This document shows positions 38,336-49,219 of a DNA stretch of 64,000 bases, in pieces. Origin of the DNA: a virus. The stretch is taken from IMG/VR virus record IMGVR_UViG_3300045988_086557, one strand, 5' to 3'. Under the pieces are notes generated by a model, which was not told the DNA's origin, did no database searches, and saw only the letters and a program-made list of their open reading frames with translations. The position numbers and the translations under genes are program-made. Positions within the stretch are counted from its first letter, which is position 1, and each line of letters opens with the position of its first letter.

Positions 38336-39247
38336 ATGATTATAGGGTTATTATTAATTACTATAATCGGGTTAATAATTTATATCTATTATCTCAAGAA
38401 ACAAGAGCATCAAATAATTGAAGTTAATATAGATAATTAGAGGAAAAACTCAGAGATAGAATAGGAAATAAAACATAATAGAGAAGTATTATCTAATATA
38501 AAAGAAAATATATACTCTGAAAATGAAATTCTTTCTTCTCTAGTAAAATCTTAGGAAGAAATGCGGGAAAATGCACAAAAGCAAGCTGATGAGGCATACT
38601 AGATTCGCATTTCCGCACTTTTAAAATCCTATGAAGAAAAAGAAAATGAGCTTACTATGACTTTTGATGCTAAAAGTCAAGATTTATCAAATAAAATTTC
38701 TATCGAATCCAGTAAATTAGCGGATTTACAAGCTAAACAACTTGCTTATATTTAGGCTCAACAAAGATAGGAAGAGATTGACTCTAATCAAGATTACTAT
38801 CGTTTAGCTCTTGATGAAATTGATATAAATGATATTACATTATTGCGTGAGTTGCAACCTAGATTTGTCAAAAAAGAAAGCATAGATAAGTTAATATGGG
38901 AAGTGTATTATAAACCAGCTTATGATATATTAACAGCTCGGTTATTCCCAAAAGCAATTAAATATTGTGGGATTTATAGGATAACTGATTTGACCACTGA
39001 GAAATCCTATATAGGATAGTCAGTTGATATAAAAGAACGTTTTAGACAACATATTAAATCTGCTTTAACTTACGGAAAAGCAACCAATAAACTATATTCT
39101 ACCATGTAGAAATCTGGAGTTCATAATTTTACCTTTGAGATTTTAGAAGAAGTTTCAAGGGAAAATTTAAATGAGAGAGAAACTTATTGGATTGAGTTTT
39201 ATAAAACGAAAGATTTTGGTTTAAATACTACTCGCGGAGGGTCTTAA
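38336..39247 (+). CDS. GIY-YIG homing-endonuclease-like protein with N-terminal TM/coiled coil; 8 in-frame TAG
   Basis: C-terminal CGIYRITDLTTEKSYIG[TAG]SVDIKERFRQH ... NFTFEILE ... ETYWI GIY-YIG motifs; invisible in ORF track; TAATG overlap with next gene. Confidence 0.55.
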
Positions 39248-39522
39248 TGTTTAGAATTATTGGTAACAGATGTACTGGAAAAACCTATCAACTAATGCAA
39301 TATGCTAAAGATAATGATGCTATTTTTGTATGTAGCAATCCACGCTCAATGAGAATCAAAGCAGAACAATATGGAATTATTGGACTAAATTGTATTAGTT
39401 ATTCTGAATTTCTAAAAAGTAGAGATTTGAAGGAAAAATTCGTAATTGATGAAGTAGAGATATTATTGCGATTAATAAATCCTTGTATGGAACTTATTGG
39501 ATATAATTTAAGTGAGGAATAA
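39247..39522 (+). CDS. hypothetical protein
   Basis: ORF track; TAA stop. Confidence 0.4.
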   Translation: MFRIIGNRCTGKTYQLMQYAKDNDAIFVCSNPRSMRIKAEQYGIIGLNCISYSEFLKSRDLKEKFVIDEVEILLRLINPCMELIGYNLSEE

Positions 39523-39523
39523 T

Positions 39524-40150
39524 ATGAAAATTATTAAGCCAGATGTTGAACTGATTACACCTATTGACGGTGAGATAATTCTTAAACGAATTGAACAGTG
39601 CGGTAGAATTTGTTATAAATCTGAAGATAAGATTACAGAAGATAGTGCTGTAAAATTTGTTTAGAATATTATTAAAAGAGGACATGAAGCAGTCCTCGAG
39701 CATTGCTCTTTTACTCTTAAATTTATTTGCGATAGAGGTGTTAGCCATGAAATTGTTCGTCATAGATTGGCTGCCTATTGTCAAGAATCTACAAGATATT
39801 GCAATTATTCGAAAGACGGGTTCGGAAATGAAATTACTGTTATTGAACCCTGTTTCTTAATCAAGAGCAATCCAGCTTACGATCATTGGTATAATGCCTG
39901 CCAAAATGCGGAAGAGGAATATTTTAATATGCTCTCTACTGGATGCACACCCCAAGAAGCAAGAGCAGTTCTACCTAATAGTTTAAAAACAGAAGTAGTT
40001 ATGACTGCGGATTTGCGGGAATGGCGGCATTTCTTCAAGCTTCGCTGCTCTCCAGCCGCCCATCCGCAAATGAGAGAAGTAGCAATTATTGCACTTAATA
40101 AAGTCAAGGAAAAAATCCCTGTAATCTTTGATGATATTGCTCTTGATTGA
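39524..40150 (+). CDS. thyX: flavin-dependent thymidylate synthase ThyX; 1 in-frame TAG (39662)
   Basis: ATG 39524 + ORF-track 39767..40150 in frame 2; ThyX motif VRHRLAAYCQESTRY; RGHEAVLEH. Confidence 0.65.
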
Positions 40151-40175
40151 CAATCTTTATTTTATATGTTATTAT
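40147..40175 (+). promoter_or_regulatory. sigma70-like promoter TTGACA-17-TATTAT
   Basis: TTGACA 40147-40152; TATTAT 40170-40175. Confidence 0.5.
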
Positions 40176-40203
40176 ATTTATATAAAATAAAGAGGAAAAT
40201 GAT

Positions 40204-40599
40204 ATGAACAAATGTGAGACTTTTTTAAATTATTTTGATTGGCTTATAGCTAATTGTAAAGAACCTGTTATTATCCCGGATGAAGTAAAAGAATTTTATG
40301 ATATTCTTCGTTCACAACAAGACAAGCATATTGATAAACCTCTTTTTACTGAAACTGGATTTCAAATCCTTGAGTATCTTCAAAATAGTAATGCTAAATC
40401 TTTAAAAGCAAAAGATATAGCTGATGGGATGGAGATTTCTTCCAGAAAAGTTTCTGGTTCTATTAGAAAGTTAGTTTCTGATGGTTTTGTTGAGAAGTTT
40501 GGTTCTAATCCTGTGGTTTATACCCTGACCGAAAAAGGTAAAAATTTTGATATTGAAAAGTATAGAGGAGAGTTAAATAATGAAAAAGAAAATGATTAA
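40204..40599 (+). CDS. winged-helix DNA-binding protein
   Basis: ILEYLQNSNAKSLKAKDIADGMEISSRKVSGSIRKL. Confidence 0.4.
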   Translation: MNKCETFLNYFDWLIANCKEPVIIPDEVKEFYDILRSQQDKHIDKPLFTETGFQILEYLQNSNAKSLKAKDIADGMEISSRKVSGSIRKLVSDGFVEKFGSNPVVYTLTEKGKNFDIEKYRGELNNEKEND

Positions 40600-41536
40600 T
40601 GCTACTCATATTGAAGGGTATGTCTATGAGCATAAGCTCGAAAAGAAAGTTTCTGGAGAAAATTCTAAAAATCCTGGAACAGAGTTTATTAACGGTATTT
40701 TGAGAATTGCAACCGATGATGAAATGCTCAATGTAGTTGATGTTCATTTTAGTTATGTAACTGAGACTACTAAAAACGGAAAAGCAAATTCTACCTATGG
40801 AGTTCTTTTGAATATTATTGAGGGAAAGATTGGCTCTGTAATGGAGCATGGTAAAGAAAACGCAGGAAAGCTCCGTATTGATTCTGCTATTGGTCTAAAT
40901 GAGTGGTATGATAATAATACTACTGGTCACCCTCTTGTAAGTGTAAAAAGAAATGAGGGTGGGTTTGTCCATGTGACTCAGGAGCTCGCGGAAGAAAAGA
41001 ATCGTGCAACATTTGATACTGATATGGTTATTACTAATGTAATTCGTACAGAAGCTGATGAAGAGCGCGATTTACCTGAAAAGGTAACTGTAAAAGGGTG
41101 TATTTTTGATTTCCGTGGATCTCTGCTTCCTGTTGAATTTAATGTATATACTCCTTATGCACCAGAAAAGGCTCTTGATTATTTTGAGAATCTTGGAGCA
41201 ACTTCTAGTTCTCCAGTATTTACTAGAGTACAAGGTGTTCAAATTTCTAAGACAGTAATTCGCAAAATTGAAGAAGAAAGTGCTTTTGGTGATACAAAGG
41301 TAAAAGAGGTTCGTAACTCTCAGCGAGATTTTGTGATTAACTGGGCACAACCTGAAACTTATGCATGGGATAGCGAAGAGACTCTTCTTGTTTCTGAACT
41401 TAATGAAAAGATGGCGGCTCGCGAAGTTACTCTTGCAGAAATTAAAAAGCGTCAAGACGAGTATCAGGCTACAAAGGGTAACGCACTTAGCGGCACTTCT
41501 ACTTCCGCTCCTGCAAAGGGAGAATATAAATTCTAA
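40580..41536 (+). CDS. hypothetical; possible ssDNA-binding partner of Sak4
   Basis: position immediately upstream of Sak4-like ATPase. Confidence 0.35.
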   Translation: MKKKMINATHIEGYVYEHKLEKKVSGENSKNPGTEFINGILRIATDDEMLNVVDVHFSYVTETTKNGKANSTYGVLLNIIEGKIGSVMEHGKENAGKLRIDSAIGLNEWYDNNTTGHPLVSVKRNEGGFVHVTQELAEEKNRATFDTDMVITNVIRTEADEERDLPEKVTVKGCIFDFRGSLLPVEFNVYTPYAPEKALDYFENLGATSSSPVFTRVQGVQISKTVIRKIEEESAFGDTKVKEVRNSQRDFVINWAQPETYAWDSEETLLVSELNEKMAAREVTLAEIKKRQDEYQATKGNALSGTSTSAPAKGEYKF

Positions 41537-41592
41537 AAAAGGGAGATTTTCTCCCTTTTTTCCCAATTAATTTTAGAAGGAGCGATTAATAA

Positions 41593-42519
41593 ATGAGTTT
41601 ATTAGATATTAAACCACATGAGGTATCAAGAGATTTAAGAGGTTATTCAGTATTTTTCTATGGGGATCCAAAGTCTGGCAAAACAACTATTGCTAGTAAG
41701 TTCCCAAAAGCGCTGCTACTTGCTTTTGAGAAAGGTTATAATGCCTTGCCAGGAGTATATGCTCAACCAATCAATAGTTGGGGTGAATTTAAGAAACTTT
41801 TTAGTGAATTAAAAACTCCAGAAGTTCAAGAAAAATTCCAAACTATTGTAATTGATACAGCAGATATTGCATATGGCTATTGTGAGAAGTTTATTTGCGG
41901 ACGCGAGGCTGTTGATACTATCGGTGATATTCCTTATGGAAAGGGATACGCACTTGTTAGTACAGAATTTGATGAAGCAATTCGTAAAATTCTACAACTT
42001 AATTATGGTCTTATTTTGATTTCTCATGCCAAAGTAAAGACAGAAAAAAATGCAAAAGGAGAAGATGTCGCTTCTCAAATTGTACCAACTCTTGATAATA
42101 GAGGTAGATTAATTTGTGAGAGAACTTGTGATATTATTGGTTATTCTCGTTCTGTAACCAATGAATCTGGAGGCACAGAAACTCGTCTCTTTATGCGCGG
42201 AACTCCGCAATATGTTGCCGGTTCAAGATTTAAGTATGTTCCAGAATCTATTGAATTTACATATGATAATCTTGTAAAAGCAATTTCTGATGCTATTGAT
42301 AAGCAAGCAGAAGAAACTGGTGGCAAGTATATTACAGATGAGGCAACACAAGTTGTCACAGAAGATGTTACTTATGATTTTGATTATTTAATGACAAGAT
42401 TTAATGATTTAGTTGGAAATCTTATGTCAGAAAATCAATCCAATGCAGTTAAAATTACTGCTATTGTTGATAAATTTTTAGGCAAAGGGAAAAAAGTTGG
42501 AGACTGCACTCCCGAATAG
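41593..42519 (+). CDS. Sak4-like RecA-fold recombination ATPase (AAA_24)
   Basis: FFYGDPKSGKTT Walker A; VIDT Walker B. Confidence 0.6.
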   Translation: MSLLDIKPHEVSRDLRGYSVFFYGDPKSGKTTIASKFPKALLLAFEKGYNALPGVYAQPINSWGEFKKLFSELKTPEVQEKFQTIVIDTADIAYGYCEKFICGREAVDTIGDIPYGKGYALVSTEFDEAIRKILQLNYGLILISHAKVKTEKNAKGEDVASQIVPTLDNRGRLICERTCDIIGYSRSVTNESGGTETRLFMRGTPQYVAGSRFKYVPESIEFTYDNLVKAISDAIDKQAEETGGKYITDEATQVVTEDVTYDFDYLMTRFNDLVGNLMSENQSNAVKITAIVDKFLGKGKKVGDCTPE

Positions 42520-42577
42520 TCTGAACAATTGGATCTAATTATTCATGAATTAGAAGACTTAATTAAGACCTAAATGA

Positions 42578-42622
42578 AAGGAAGGAGAGTATCAAGGATA
42601 TTTCTCCTTCCTTGATTTTTTA
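42578..42622 (+). terminator. rho-independent terminator
   Basis: AAGGAAGGAGA ... TCTCCTTCCTT GATTTTTTAT. Confidence 0.7.
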
Positions 42623-42631
42623 TCTAAAATA

Positions 42632-42640
42632 TGATATTAT
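42632..42640 (+). promoter_or_regulatory. conserved promoter TGATATTAT
   Basis: AATATGATATTATATTTATATAAGG. Confidence 0.5.
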
Positions 42641-42675
42641 ATTTATATAAGGTTATAAAGAAAGGAGCGTAATGT

Positions 42676-43209
42676 ATGGCGAAACACATGGTAAAATGTT
42701 TTTACTGTGGAGAAGTATTTGATGCATCAACCACCCCATACGTTAAACCAAACTCAAGACGTTACGCTCATAAAACTTGTGCGCAAACGGCAGAAGAAAA
42801 TAAAACTCAAGAAGAAAAAGATAAAGAATTATTAGAAAAATATATAAAGGATTTATTTGGAATTAATTGTATCTCCCCAAAAATTAAAAAACAAATAGAA
42901 ACTTTTAAAAAAGATAGAAATTATTCATATACAGGGATATATAAAACATTAAAATATTTTTTTGAGATAAAAGGAAATTCTATTGAAAAGGCCAATGGTG
43001 GAATTGGTATTGTTCCTTTTGTTTATGATGAAGCATATCTATATTGGAGAGCATTGTGGGAAGCAAGAGAAAGAAATGAGCAGGTAGATATAAAAGAATT
43101 TATTTTGCCTGTAAGAGAAGTTCATATAGAGCCTCCTCAGCGACAACCAATGAAACATATACGAAAGCTATTTACTTTCTTAAATGAGGAGGAAACACAT
43201 GAAGAGTAA
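42676..43209 (+). CDS. zinc-finger protein, possible DnaD-like replication initiation factor
   Basis: CFYCGEVF...HKTC; position upstream of DnaB. Confidence 0.35.
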   Translation: MAKHMVKCFYCGEVFDASTTPYVKPNSRRYAHKTCAQTAEENKTQEEKDKELLEKYIKDLFGINCISPKIKKQIETFKKDRNYSYTGIYKTLKYFFEIKGNSIEKANGGIGIVPFVYDEAYLYWRALWEARERNEQVDIKEFILPVREVHIEPPQRQPMKHIRKLFTFLNEEETHEE

Positions 43210-44737
43210 CTATGTAGATACAGCAGCAATTACTCAAATAATTGGGTGTGTATTTAATAATGCCTCTATTCTCGATGATGCAGATAAATATATAATTCAT
43301 GAAGATGATTTTCAAGAGGATTTTCACAAAATTATCTTTGGGAGTATCTATAATATTCATCTAACAGGCAGTCAAGTCAATATTGATGCAATTATAGATT
43401 ATTTAGCGAATAGACCCAAATTTGATGCTATATTTAAACAAAATAAAGGTGTAGATTATCTTCTTGAAGCATCACAAAACGCTCGATAGGATACTTTTAA
43501 TTACTACTATAATAGATTAAAAAAATTCACTCTATTAAGGGCATATAATAATTTTGGCCTTGATGTAACCTATCTTTACGATCCAAATAATATTCTTGAT
43601 ACTAAAAAGAGACAAATGCAAGAAGATTGGTTAGATAATACAAGTTTAGTTGAAATAGCTCATGCTATTGATGTAAAAATAGATGAAATCAAGAGTAAAT
43701 ATATTGAAGATGATTTAGGATTGGGGTATCAAGCCGGAGACGGAATCGACGATTTAATCAGTGATTTAGAACAACATCCAGAAGTCGGTATTCCTTTATA
43801 TGGCCCATTGATTAATACAGTAACAAGAGGCGCAAGATTGCGAAAATTTTATTTGCGGTCAGCTGCTACAGGAACTGGAAAAACTAGATCAATGATTGCA
43901 GATGCTTGTAATTTTGCGTGTAATGAGATCTATCATGATCAATTTGGATGGATTAAAAACGGAACTTCTCAACCAACTTTGTTTATTGCGACAGAGCAAG
44001 ATAAAGGAGAAGTGCAAACTATGATGTTAGCATTTCTTTCTGATGTAAATGAAGAACATATCTTGAATGGCCAATATTTTGATGGAGAAAAGGATCGAGT
44101 TCTCAAAGCCGCGGAAATTATTAAAAGAAGTCCGATTTGGATTGAAGAATTGCCGGATTTTTCTTTGCAAGATGTAGAAAATAAAATAAAAAAGAATATC
44201 CGTGAACATGAAGTTAAGTATGTTTTATTCGATTATTTACAAACATCTCTCAAGATTCTTGAAGAAATTAGTAAGAAATCTGGCGGAGTTAAATTAAGAG
44301 AAGATAATATCTTATTCATGCTTTCCGCAAGATTAAAAGATTTAGCAAATAAATATGGTATATTTATTATGTCTGCAACTCAATTAAATGCAGATTATTA
44401 GAATAGTGAAACACCAGATCAAAATTTGTTACGTGGAGCTAAAAGTATTGCAGATAGAATTGATGTTGGCATGATTCTTCTTGGAGTTACAGATGAAGAT
44501 TTGGTAAAACTTGATCCAATACTTGATAGCAATAAAAATCTTCTTCGTCCTAATTTAAAATTATCTATTTATAAGAATAGACGAGGATCATATAAGGGAG
44601 TTTATCTATGGTGTTCAGCAAATTTAGGCACTTGTCGTATATTACCACAATTCTGTACTAATTGGAGACATGAAATGATTAGTATTGAAGATATTAGAGT
44701 AATTGTAGATGAAGGTCCTGCGGCATGGGAAAAATAA
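43199..44737 (+). CDS. dnaB: DnaB-like replicative helicase; 2 in-frame TAG (43487, 44399)
   Basis: RBS GAGGAGGA before ATG 43199; ORF-track 43184..43489, 43616..44401, 44426..44737 all frame 2; Walker A SAATGTGKT. Confidence 0.6.
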
Positions 44738-44753
44738 TTTTGGAGGAATTAAT

Positions 44754-44930
44754 ATGAAAAACAATCAATCTTTAGAGTATCGTATGAGTAAAAAAATGTT
44801 TAATGCTATGCTTGCCGATAGAAGCGAGACGGAGAAGAAACAAAATCCTAAAGATTATGTTGCAAAAGTAATTAATGAGCAATTTGGTCTTAAAGGAACT
44901 GTAACAAATGTTTCCGTATATGATGCTTAA
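44754..44930 (+). CDS. small hypothetical protein
   Basis: RBS GGAGG before ATG 44754. Confidence 0.3.
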   Translation: MKNNQSLEYRMSKKMFNAMLADRSETEKKQNPKDYVAKVINEQFGLKGTVTNVSVYDA

Positions 44931-44932
44931 TT

Positions 44933-46036
44933 ATGTCACGCTATTATGATAAAGATGAACTAAAAGGAAAATTAGAGTTAGAACAAATTTATGATTTAAT
45001 TGAAGTATGGGGCGGTGAGCCTGAATATGTAGATGGTGGGCTCATCTCCCAAACTATATGTCATAATCTTCCAGGAGAGGGATCAAGAAAGTTATATTAT
45101 TACGAAAATACAAAACTTTTTAGATGTTATACTGGATGTATAGATCCTACTTTTGATATATTTGATTTATGTATAAAGGTTAAAAAAAAGCAAGAAGGTA
45201 AAAAGTGGGAACTATATAATGCTATGGATTATATAGCTGGATATTTTGGTTTTGATGGAATAGAACTAGAAGATGAAGAACAAGAATTAGAAGATTGGGA
45301 TATCTTTAAAAGACATAATATTCAGTTACCAAAACCTAAACAGCCTATTTGCTTGAAGGAATATAATCCGATTATTCTTACTCGATTTTCTTATCCTAGA
45401 ATTGCTGGATGGGAAGCAGAAGGAATCTTACCCGAGGTTAGTAAAAGAAATTTTATTGGGTATTATCCGGGAGGAGGACAAATAACAATTCCTCACTTTG
45501 ATATTAATAATAGATTAGTAGGAATTAGGGGAAGAACATTATCTTCTGAAGATGCAGAAAGATACGGAAAATATAGACCTCTTATGGTGAACAGACAATT
45601 ATATAATCATCCTCTAAGTATGAATTTATATAATTTAAACCATAGCAAAGAGAATATAAGAAAAGTAAAAGCTGCAATTATATTTGAATCTGAAAAGAGT
45701 TGTCTTATGTATCAGTCTTACTATGGGTACGATAATGATATATCTGTAGCTTGTTGTGGAAGCAGTATATCTAGTTATCATATAGATTTACTCAAATCTT
45801 TAGGAGTTAATGAAATCATAGTTGCTTTTGATAGACAATTTGTCGAAATTAGCGATGATGAATTTAAAAGATTGAAAGCAAAGTTAATTCATATATATAA
45901 CAAATATAGTAAGAATGTACGCATATCTGCTATCTTTGACAAACGAATGATTTTGCCATATAAAGCAAGTCCTATAGACAAGGGACCGCAGATTTTTGAA
46001 GAGTTACTAAATGAAAGGATAATTCCTTATGAGTAA
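44933..46036 (+). CDS. putative DNA primase (zinc-binding + Toprim-like)
   Basis: CHNLPG...CYTGC zinc motif; IIFESEKS...VAFDRQ Toprim-like; position after DnaB. Confidence 0.4.
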   Translation: MSRYYDKDELKGKLELEQIYDLIEVWGGEPEYVDGGLISQTICHNLPGEGSRKLYYYENTKLFRCYTGCIDPTFDIFDLCIKVKKKQEGKKWELYNAMDYIAGYFGFDGIELEDEEQELEDWDIFKRHNIQLPKPKQPICLKEYNPIILTRFSYPRIAGWEAEGILPEVSKRNFIGYYPGGGQITIPHFDINNRLVGIRGRTLSSEDAERYGKYRPLMVNRQLYNHPLSMNLYNLNHSKENIRKVKAAIIFESEKSCLMYQSYYGYDNDISVACCGSSISSYHIDLLKSLGVNEIIVAFDRQFVEISDDEFKRLKAKLIHIYNKYSKNVRISAIFDKRMILPYKASPIDKGPQIFEELLNERIIPYE

Positions 46037-46313
46037 AGAGATTTTAAATCTAGTACCTGCTATTAGAGCAATAGAAAAAGAAATAGGAAAATTAGCAGAT
46101 GATTATAATAAGAGAATACAACCCTATTTTGACAGTTTAGAGAAACTTAGAGAAATTAATCAAGCATGTGAGTACTGTAACGGAACTGGTCATGTTTTAA
46201 GATCTAGATCTTGCGCGGAAGATGATAGGCCAGATCCAAACGATCTTAATGACTATATAAAATGTAGAGCTTGCAAAGGAACTGGATTATCACATAATAA
46301 GGAGAGTGATTAA
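46029..46313 (+). CDS. CxxCxGxG zinc-ribbon protein
   Basis: CEYCNGTGHV and CRACKGTGL. Confidence 0.4.
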   Translation: MSKEILNLVPAIRAIEKEIGKLADDYNKRIQPYFDSLEKLREINQACEYCNGTGHVLRSRSCAEDDRPDPNDLNDYIKCRACKGTGLSHNKESD

Positions 46314-46316
46314 AGA

Positions 46317-48068
46317 TTGGAATATTCATTAATTAACCCAAGAAATTAGGATTATAGTGCTTTAGAGTAGGTATTAGTTAATAGAGGTATTAAATATGGT
46401 GATATATAGCATTATTTAACAGTATCAGAAAAAGATAATTTATCTCCCTTACTTCTTAATAATATTGAAAGCGCTGCTAAGCTAATTATTAAGCACATTT
46501 TAAAAGATGATTCTTATATCTATGTCTAGGTAGATAGCGACTGCGATGGTTACACCTCTTCTGCATTATTGCTAAATTATCTTCATGCGCAGTTTCCCTC
46601 TGCAATTAACAAGTTTGTTTATAACTTCCATTCTGGTAAAATTCATGGAATAAAACCAGAATTAATCCCCGATAATATTTCTCTTGTTATTGCACCGGAT
46701 TCAAGCTCTAACGACTATCAAGAGCATGAAGAATTGGCTAATCGCGGAATTGATGTATTAGTTATAGACCATCACTTAGCTGATAAAATATCTGAATACG
46801 CCTGTGTTGTTAATAATCAGTTATGCGATTATCCAACAAAATCGTTATCTGGTGTAGGAGTAGTTTATAAATTGTGTTAGTATATGGATAGTATTTGCGG
46901 AACTGCCTATGCGGACAATTACCTTGATATTGTAGCCACCGGTCTTGTAGGAGATATGATGGATATTAGAGATTTTGAAACTCATTATCTTATTCAATAG
47001 GGGCTACAGAGGTCAAGTCTCCGCAATCCTTTTATTAAAGGTATGGCTGATAAAAATGCTTACTAGTTAGGCAGAGGAGATTTATCTCCTATTGGAGTAG
47101 CGTTTTATATTGTTCCTCTTGTTAATGCCATTACTCGTATGGGTACTCAAGATGAAAAGTAGATTTTATTTGAAAGTATGCTTGAATGGAAAGCATATGA
47201 TCTTATTCCTTCTACTAAACGAGGATGTAAAGGGCAAGAGGAAACTAGATTAGAGCAAGCATTAAGAGTTTGCACTAATGTTAAGAATCGTTAGACTAGA
47301 ACTAGAGATGCCGAAGTTGAACAAATAGAAAATATTATTCAAGAAAAAAATCTATTATAGCATAAACTTTTAGTAATTAAACTAGAAGATATGTAGGTTG
47401 ATAGAGGTATTACTGGTTTAATTGCTAATGAATTAATGAGTAAGTATAAGCGCCCCGTTATTCTCTTATCAAAGACTGTAAACAATGAACAAGATGCTTG
47501 GGAGGGATCAGCTAGAGGATACGAAAAGTCTAAATTAAATGATTTTAGACAATTTGTAAGAGATTCAAATTTAGTCTTTTTAGCTGAGGGGCACGCAAAT
47601 GCTTTTGGCTTTGGCATTTATGAAAAAGATTTTGAAGATTTTATTATATGGTCAGACAATCAATTAAAAGATATAGAATTTTCACCAAGCTATAAGGTAG
47701 ATTTTATTTACTCTATGTCAGATATTAATTCTAAAGATATATTAGAACTAGGTAATTCTAAGTATCTTTGGGGATAGAATATCGACGAACCGTTAATTGC
47801 GGTAGAAAATGTTGCAGTAACAAATGACATGATTAGTCTTATGTCACGAGACAAGAATCCTACTTTGAAGATTCAATTACCAAATGGAGTTACTTGCATC
47901 AAGTTTAAATCAAGCGAAGAGGAGCTAGAAGATTTATCTAGCGAATTAGGTTGCGTGAGTATAAATTTGATTGGTAAACCAGAAGTAAATAGATACTTCG
48001 GTAGTGTGACACCACAAATTATTATTACAGATTATGAAATTATAAGTAGATAGAAGTATTACTTTTAA
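46317..48068 (+). CDS. RecJ-like DHH/DHHA1 ssDNA exonuclease; ~14 in-frame TAG (TTG start uncertain)
   Basis: frame 3 continuous from 46317 through ORF-track 46569..46880, 47436..47777, 47829..48053 to TAA 48066-48068; DHH motifs VDSDCDGYTS, IAPDSSSN, VIDHH; DHHA1 GHANAFGF. Confidence 0.55.
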
Positions 48069-48107
48069 TGATTGCGCAACCTCTTACTAAAGGAGGAAAC
48101 AATCACA

Positions 48108-48875
48108 ATGAGACGTTTTATGAGTATTATACTAAGTTTAATCATTTTATTATCTATAATGTGTAGTTGCAATAGTCCATTTATTTCTGTTGCATCAGCA
48201 TACTCAGTTCAGTATAACAGCAATACAAGTTATACCTATAATGATTTAGATACATTGATTGAGCTTATTGCGGAACAAATTTCTAACATGAATGCCGCAC
48301 ATCAAATGGCTGATGCCGCTAGGCAATTAGGTTATTCTGAAAACCATGATGTTATTGAGTTAGCCGTAAATGAATATGATAAAGCTAATGAATTAAGACA
48401 ATCCTATCAAAACGTATATGATAACCTCATGGAACACTGGCATCAAAAGGAAAAAGAGTACCCAGTAGCAACATATATATGGAGCTATTTCAAAGACCTA
48501 GGTTATAATAATCAAGTGTGTGCTGGAATACTTGGTAATATAATGACTGAAGTTGGTGGTAATACCTTGAACATTCAATATGAATTAGGTAATTCTTCAT
48601 ATTATGGGATGTGTCAATGGAATAAGGCGTATTCTGAGGTTTGGGGAGCCTCATTAGAAGAGCAATGCAATTATTTGGAAAATACTATTGAATATGAATT
48701 TAATACATTCGGTCATGCCTATAAGAGAGGGTTTGATTATGAAGATTTTCTAAATATGACAAGTATAACTGATGCTGCTTTAGCGTTCGCGAAATGCTAT
48801 GAAAGATGCAGTTCTGGAAGTTATACAGTACGACAAAATAATGCGATAATCGCATATAATTATTTTGTAAGTTAA
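48108..48875 (+). CDS. secreted phage-tail-lysozyme-like protein (paralog of lysin N-terminal domain)
   Basis: RBS AAAGGAGGAAAC; signal peptide MRRFMSIILSLIILLSIMCSC; GILGNIMTEVGGNTLNIQYE. Confidence 0.5.
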   Translation: MRRFMSIILSLIILLSIMCSCNSPFISVASAYSVQYNSNTSYTYNDLDTLIELIAEQISNMNAAHQMADAARQLGYSENHDVIELAVNEYDKANELRQSYQNVYDNLMEHWHQKEKEYPVATYIWSYFKDLGYNNQVCAGILGNIMTEVGGNTLNIQYELGNSSYYGMCQWNKAYSEVWGASLEEQCNYLENTIEYEFNTFGHAYKRGFDYEDFLNMTSITDAALAFAKCYERCSSGSYTVRQNNAIIAYNYFVS

Positions 48876-48884
48876 AATAAAATA

Positions 48885-48930
48885 TCTGCGGACTGGCCGG
48901 AACCTAGACGACCGTCCGCAGAAACTAAAA
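48885..48930 (+). terminator. GC-rich hairpin terminator
   Basis: TCTGCGGAC...GTCCGCAGA 9-bp stem. Confidence 0.5.
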
Positions 48931-48958
48931 TTGGTTTTACTATTTTTTGAGGTAAAAT

Positions 48959-49219
48959 ATGGAAGAATTAAAACAAACTATAAAATTTTTAGATTCTATT
49001 CAAATAGATAAGTATATAATAGGTTATATGGATATACACGATATTATGGATAGAATAGAAGATGATTATGGCGCATTTTTAGAAGATCATCCTATTTTTG
49101 AAGGATATGTTTTTAATTGGATGACTTCTGATGAATTTGCTGATTATTTAAGGAAAAAGGGTTATAGAGTTCAAGAAAATATTAGTTATGAGGTTTGGAA
49201 AAATGGAATTAACTCGTAA
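48959..49219 (+). CDS. hypothetical protein
   Basis: ORF track. Confidence 0.3.
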   Translation: MEELKQTIKFLDSIQIDKYIIGYMDIHDIMDRIEDDYGAFLEDHPIFEGYVFNWMTSDEFADYLRKKGYRVQENISYEVWKNGINS

